Shown one piece after another: positions 63,501 through 64,000 of a stretch of 64,000 nucleotides of DNA; the stretch's first letter is position 1, and each line of letters opens with the position of its first letter. The notes below the pieces were generated by a model. That model worked only from the letters and a program-made list of their open reading frames with translations, made no database searches and was not told where the DNA came from. Position numbers and translations under genes: made by a program. This DNA comes from Eledone cirrhosa (taxonomy: Eukaryota): contig OZ024742.1 of the NCBI GenBank assembly GCA_964016885.1, positions 186,248,001 through 186,312,000 of the forward strand, read 5' to 3'.

Positions 63501-64000
63501 AGTAGTAGTGTTGGTTCCACAGTACAGTAGTAGAGCTGGTGTCACAGTACAGTAGTAGAGCTGGTGTCACAGTACAGTAGTAGTGTTGGTGCCACAGTAC
63601 AGTAGCAGTGCTGGTGTCACAGTACAGTAGTAGTGCTGGTGCCACAGTACAGTAGTAGTGCTGGTGTCACAGTAGAGTAGTAGTGTTGGTGCCACAGTAC
63701 AGTAGTAGTGTTGGTGCCACAGTACAGTAGTGTTGGTCCCACAGTACAGTAGTAGTGTTGATCCCACAGTACAGTAGTAGTGCTTGTCCCACAGTACAGT
63801 TGTAGTGTTGGTGCCACAGTACAGTAGTAGTGTTGGTGCCACAGTACAGTAGTAGTGCTGTTCCACAGTACAGTAGTAGTGCTGGTGTCACAGTACAGTA
63901 GTAGTGCTGGTGTCACATACAGTAGTAGTGTTGGTGCCACAGTATAGTAGTAGTGTTGGTGTCACAGTACAGTAGTAGTGCTGGTGCCACAGTACAGTAG
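12596..64000 (+). repeat. 25-bp satellite array, consensus GTGYTGGTGYCACAGTACAGTAGTA, about 2,050 monomers, running off the window end
   Basis: Continuous head-to-tail repeat in one orientation. Recurrent point variants and length variants (about 20, 22, 24, 29 and 30 bp). No foreign insertion seen. Confidence 0.98.

Noticed and set aside
12532-63940. Hundreds of minus-strand ORFs (LLLYCGTSTTTVLWHQHYYCTV...) as a Cys/His/Thr-rich repeat protein
   Set aside because: The 25-bp unit is not a multiple of 3, so every frame cycles through the same peptide. The T-state monomer creates TGA stops, indel variants ignore frame, and the starts are alternative codons inside the repeat. The plus strand is closed by TAG.
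12596-64000. CRISPR array
   Set aside because: No unique spacers, no cas genes, eukaryotic context.
12596-64000. Chi sites or telomeric repeat
   Set aside because: GCTGGTG is followed by C/T rather than G, so it is not GCTGGTGG, and the context is not bacterial. There is no TTAGGG array; isolated TTAGGG near 1032 and 5703 are chance.

Overview
Eukaryotic, repeat-only DNA with no recognisable host gene. The SINE/LINE families and the dense TA/TC/GAT microsatellites look cephalopod (Octopus-like); this is an inference. Positions 1-12.6 kb are a transposon graveyard. They hold several tRNA-derived SINE pieces, a young 5'-truncated RTE-clade LINE (open frame about 7441-9963: end of APE endonuclease, RT with YADD, C4HC3 PHD-type finger) and older RTE fragments. 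They also hold a CRE-like fragment nested in an old RTE with a 9-bp duplication, a deleted DD37D (maT) transposon, and two near-perfect palindromes between TA tracts. The larger palindrome (4466-4797) contains a complete type I hammerhead ribozyme motif on each strand, of the kind described for Penelope-like elements. The smaller (4247-4393) contains what looks like the 3' half of a hammerhead. From 12596 to the window end is a single-orientation 25-bp satellite (GTGYTGGTGYCACAGTACAGTAGTA, about 2,050 monomers) with nested higher-order duplications of about 0.3, 0.55, 4.5, 5.2-5.6 and 16.5 kb. The hundreds of minus-strand ORFs there are artefacts of the repeat.
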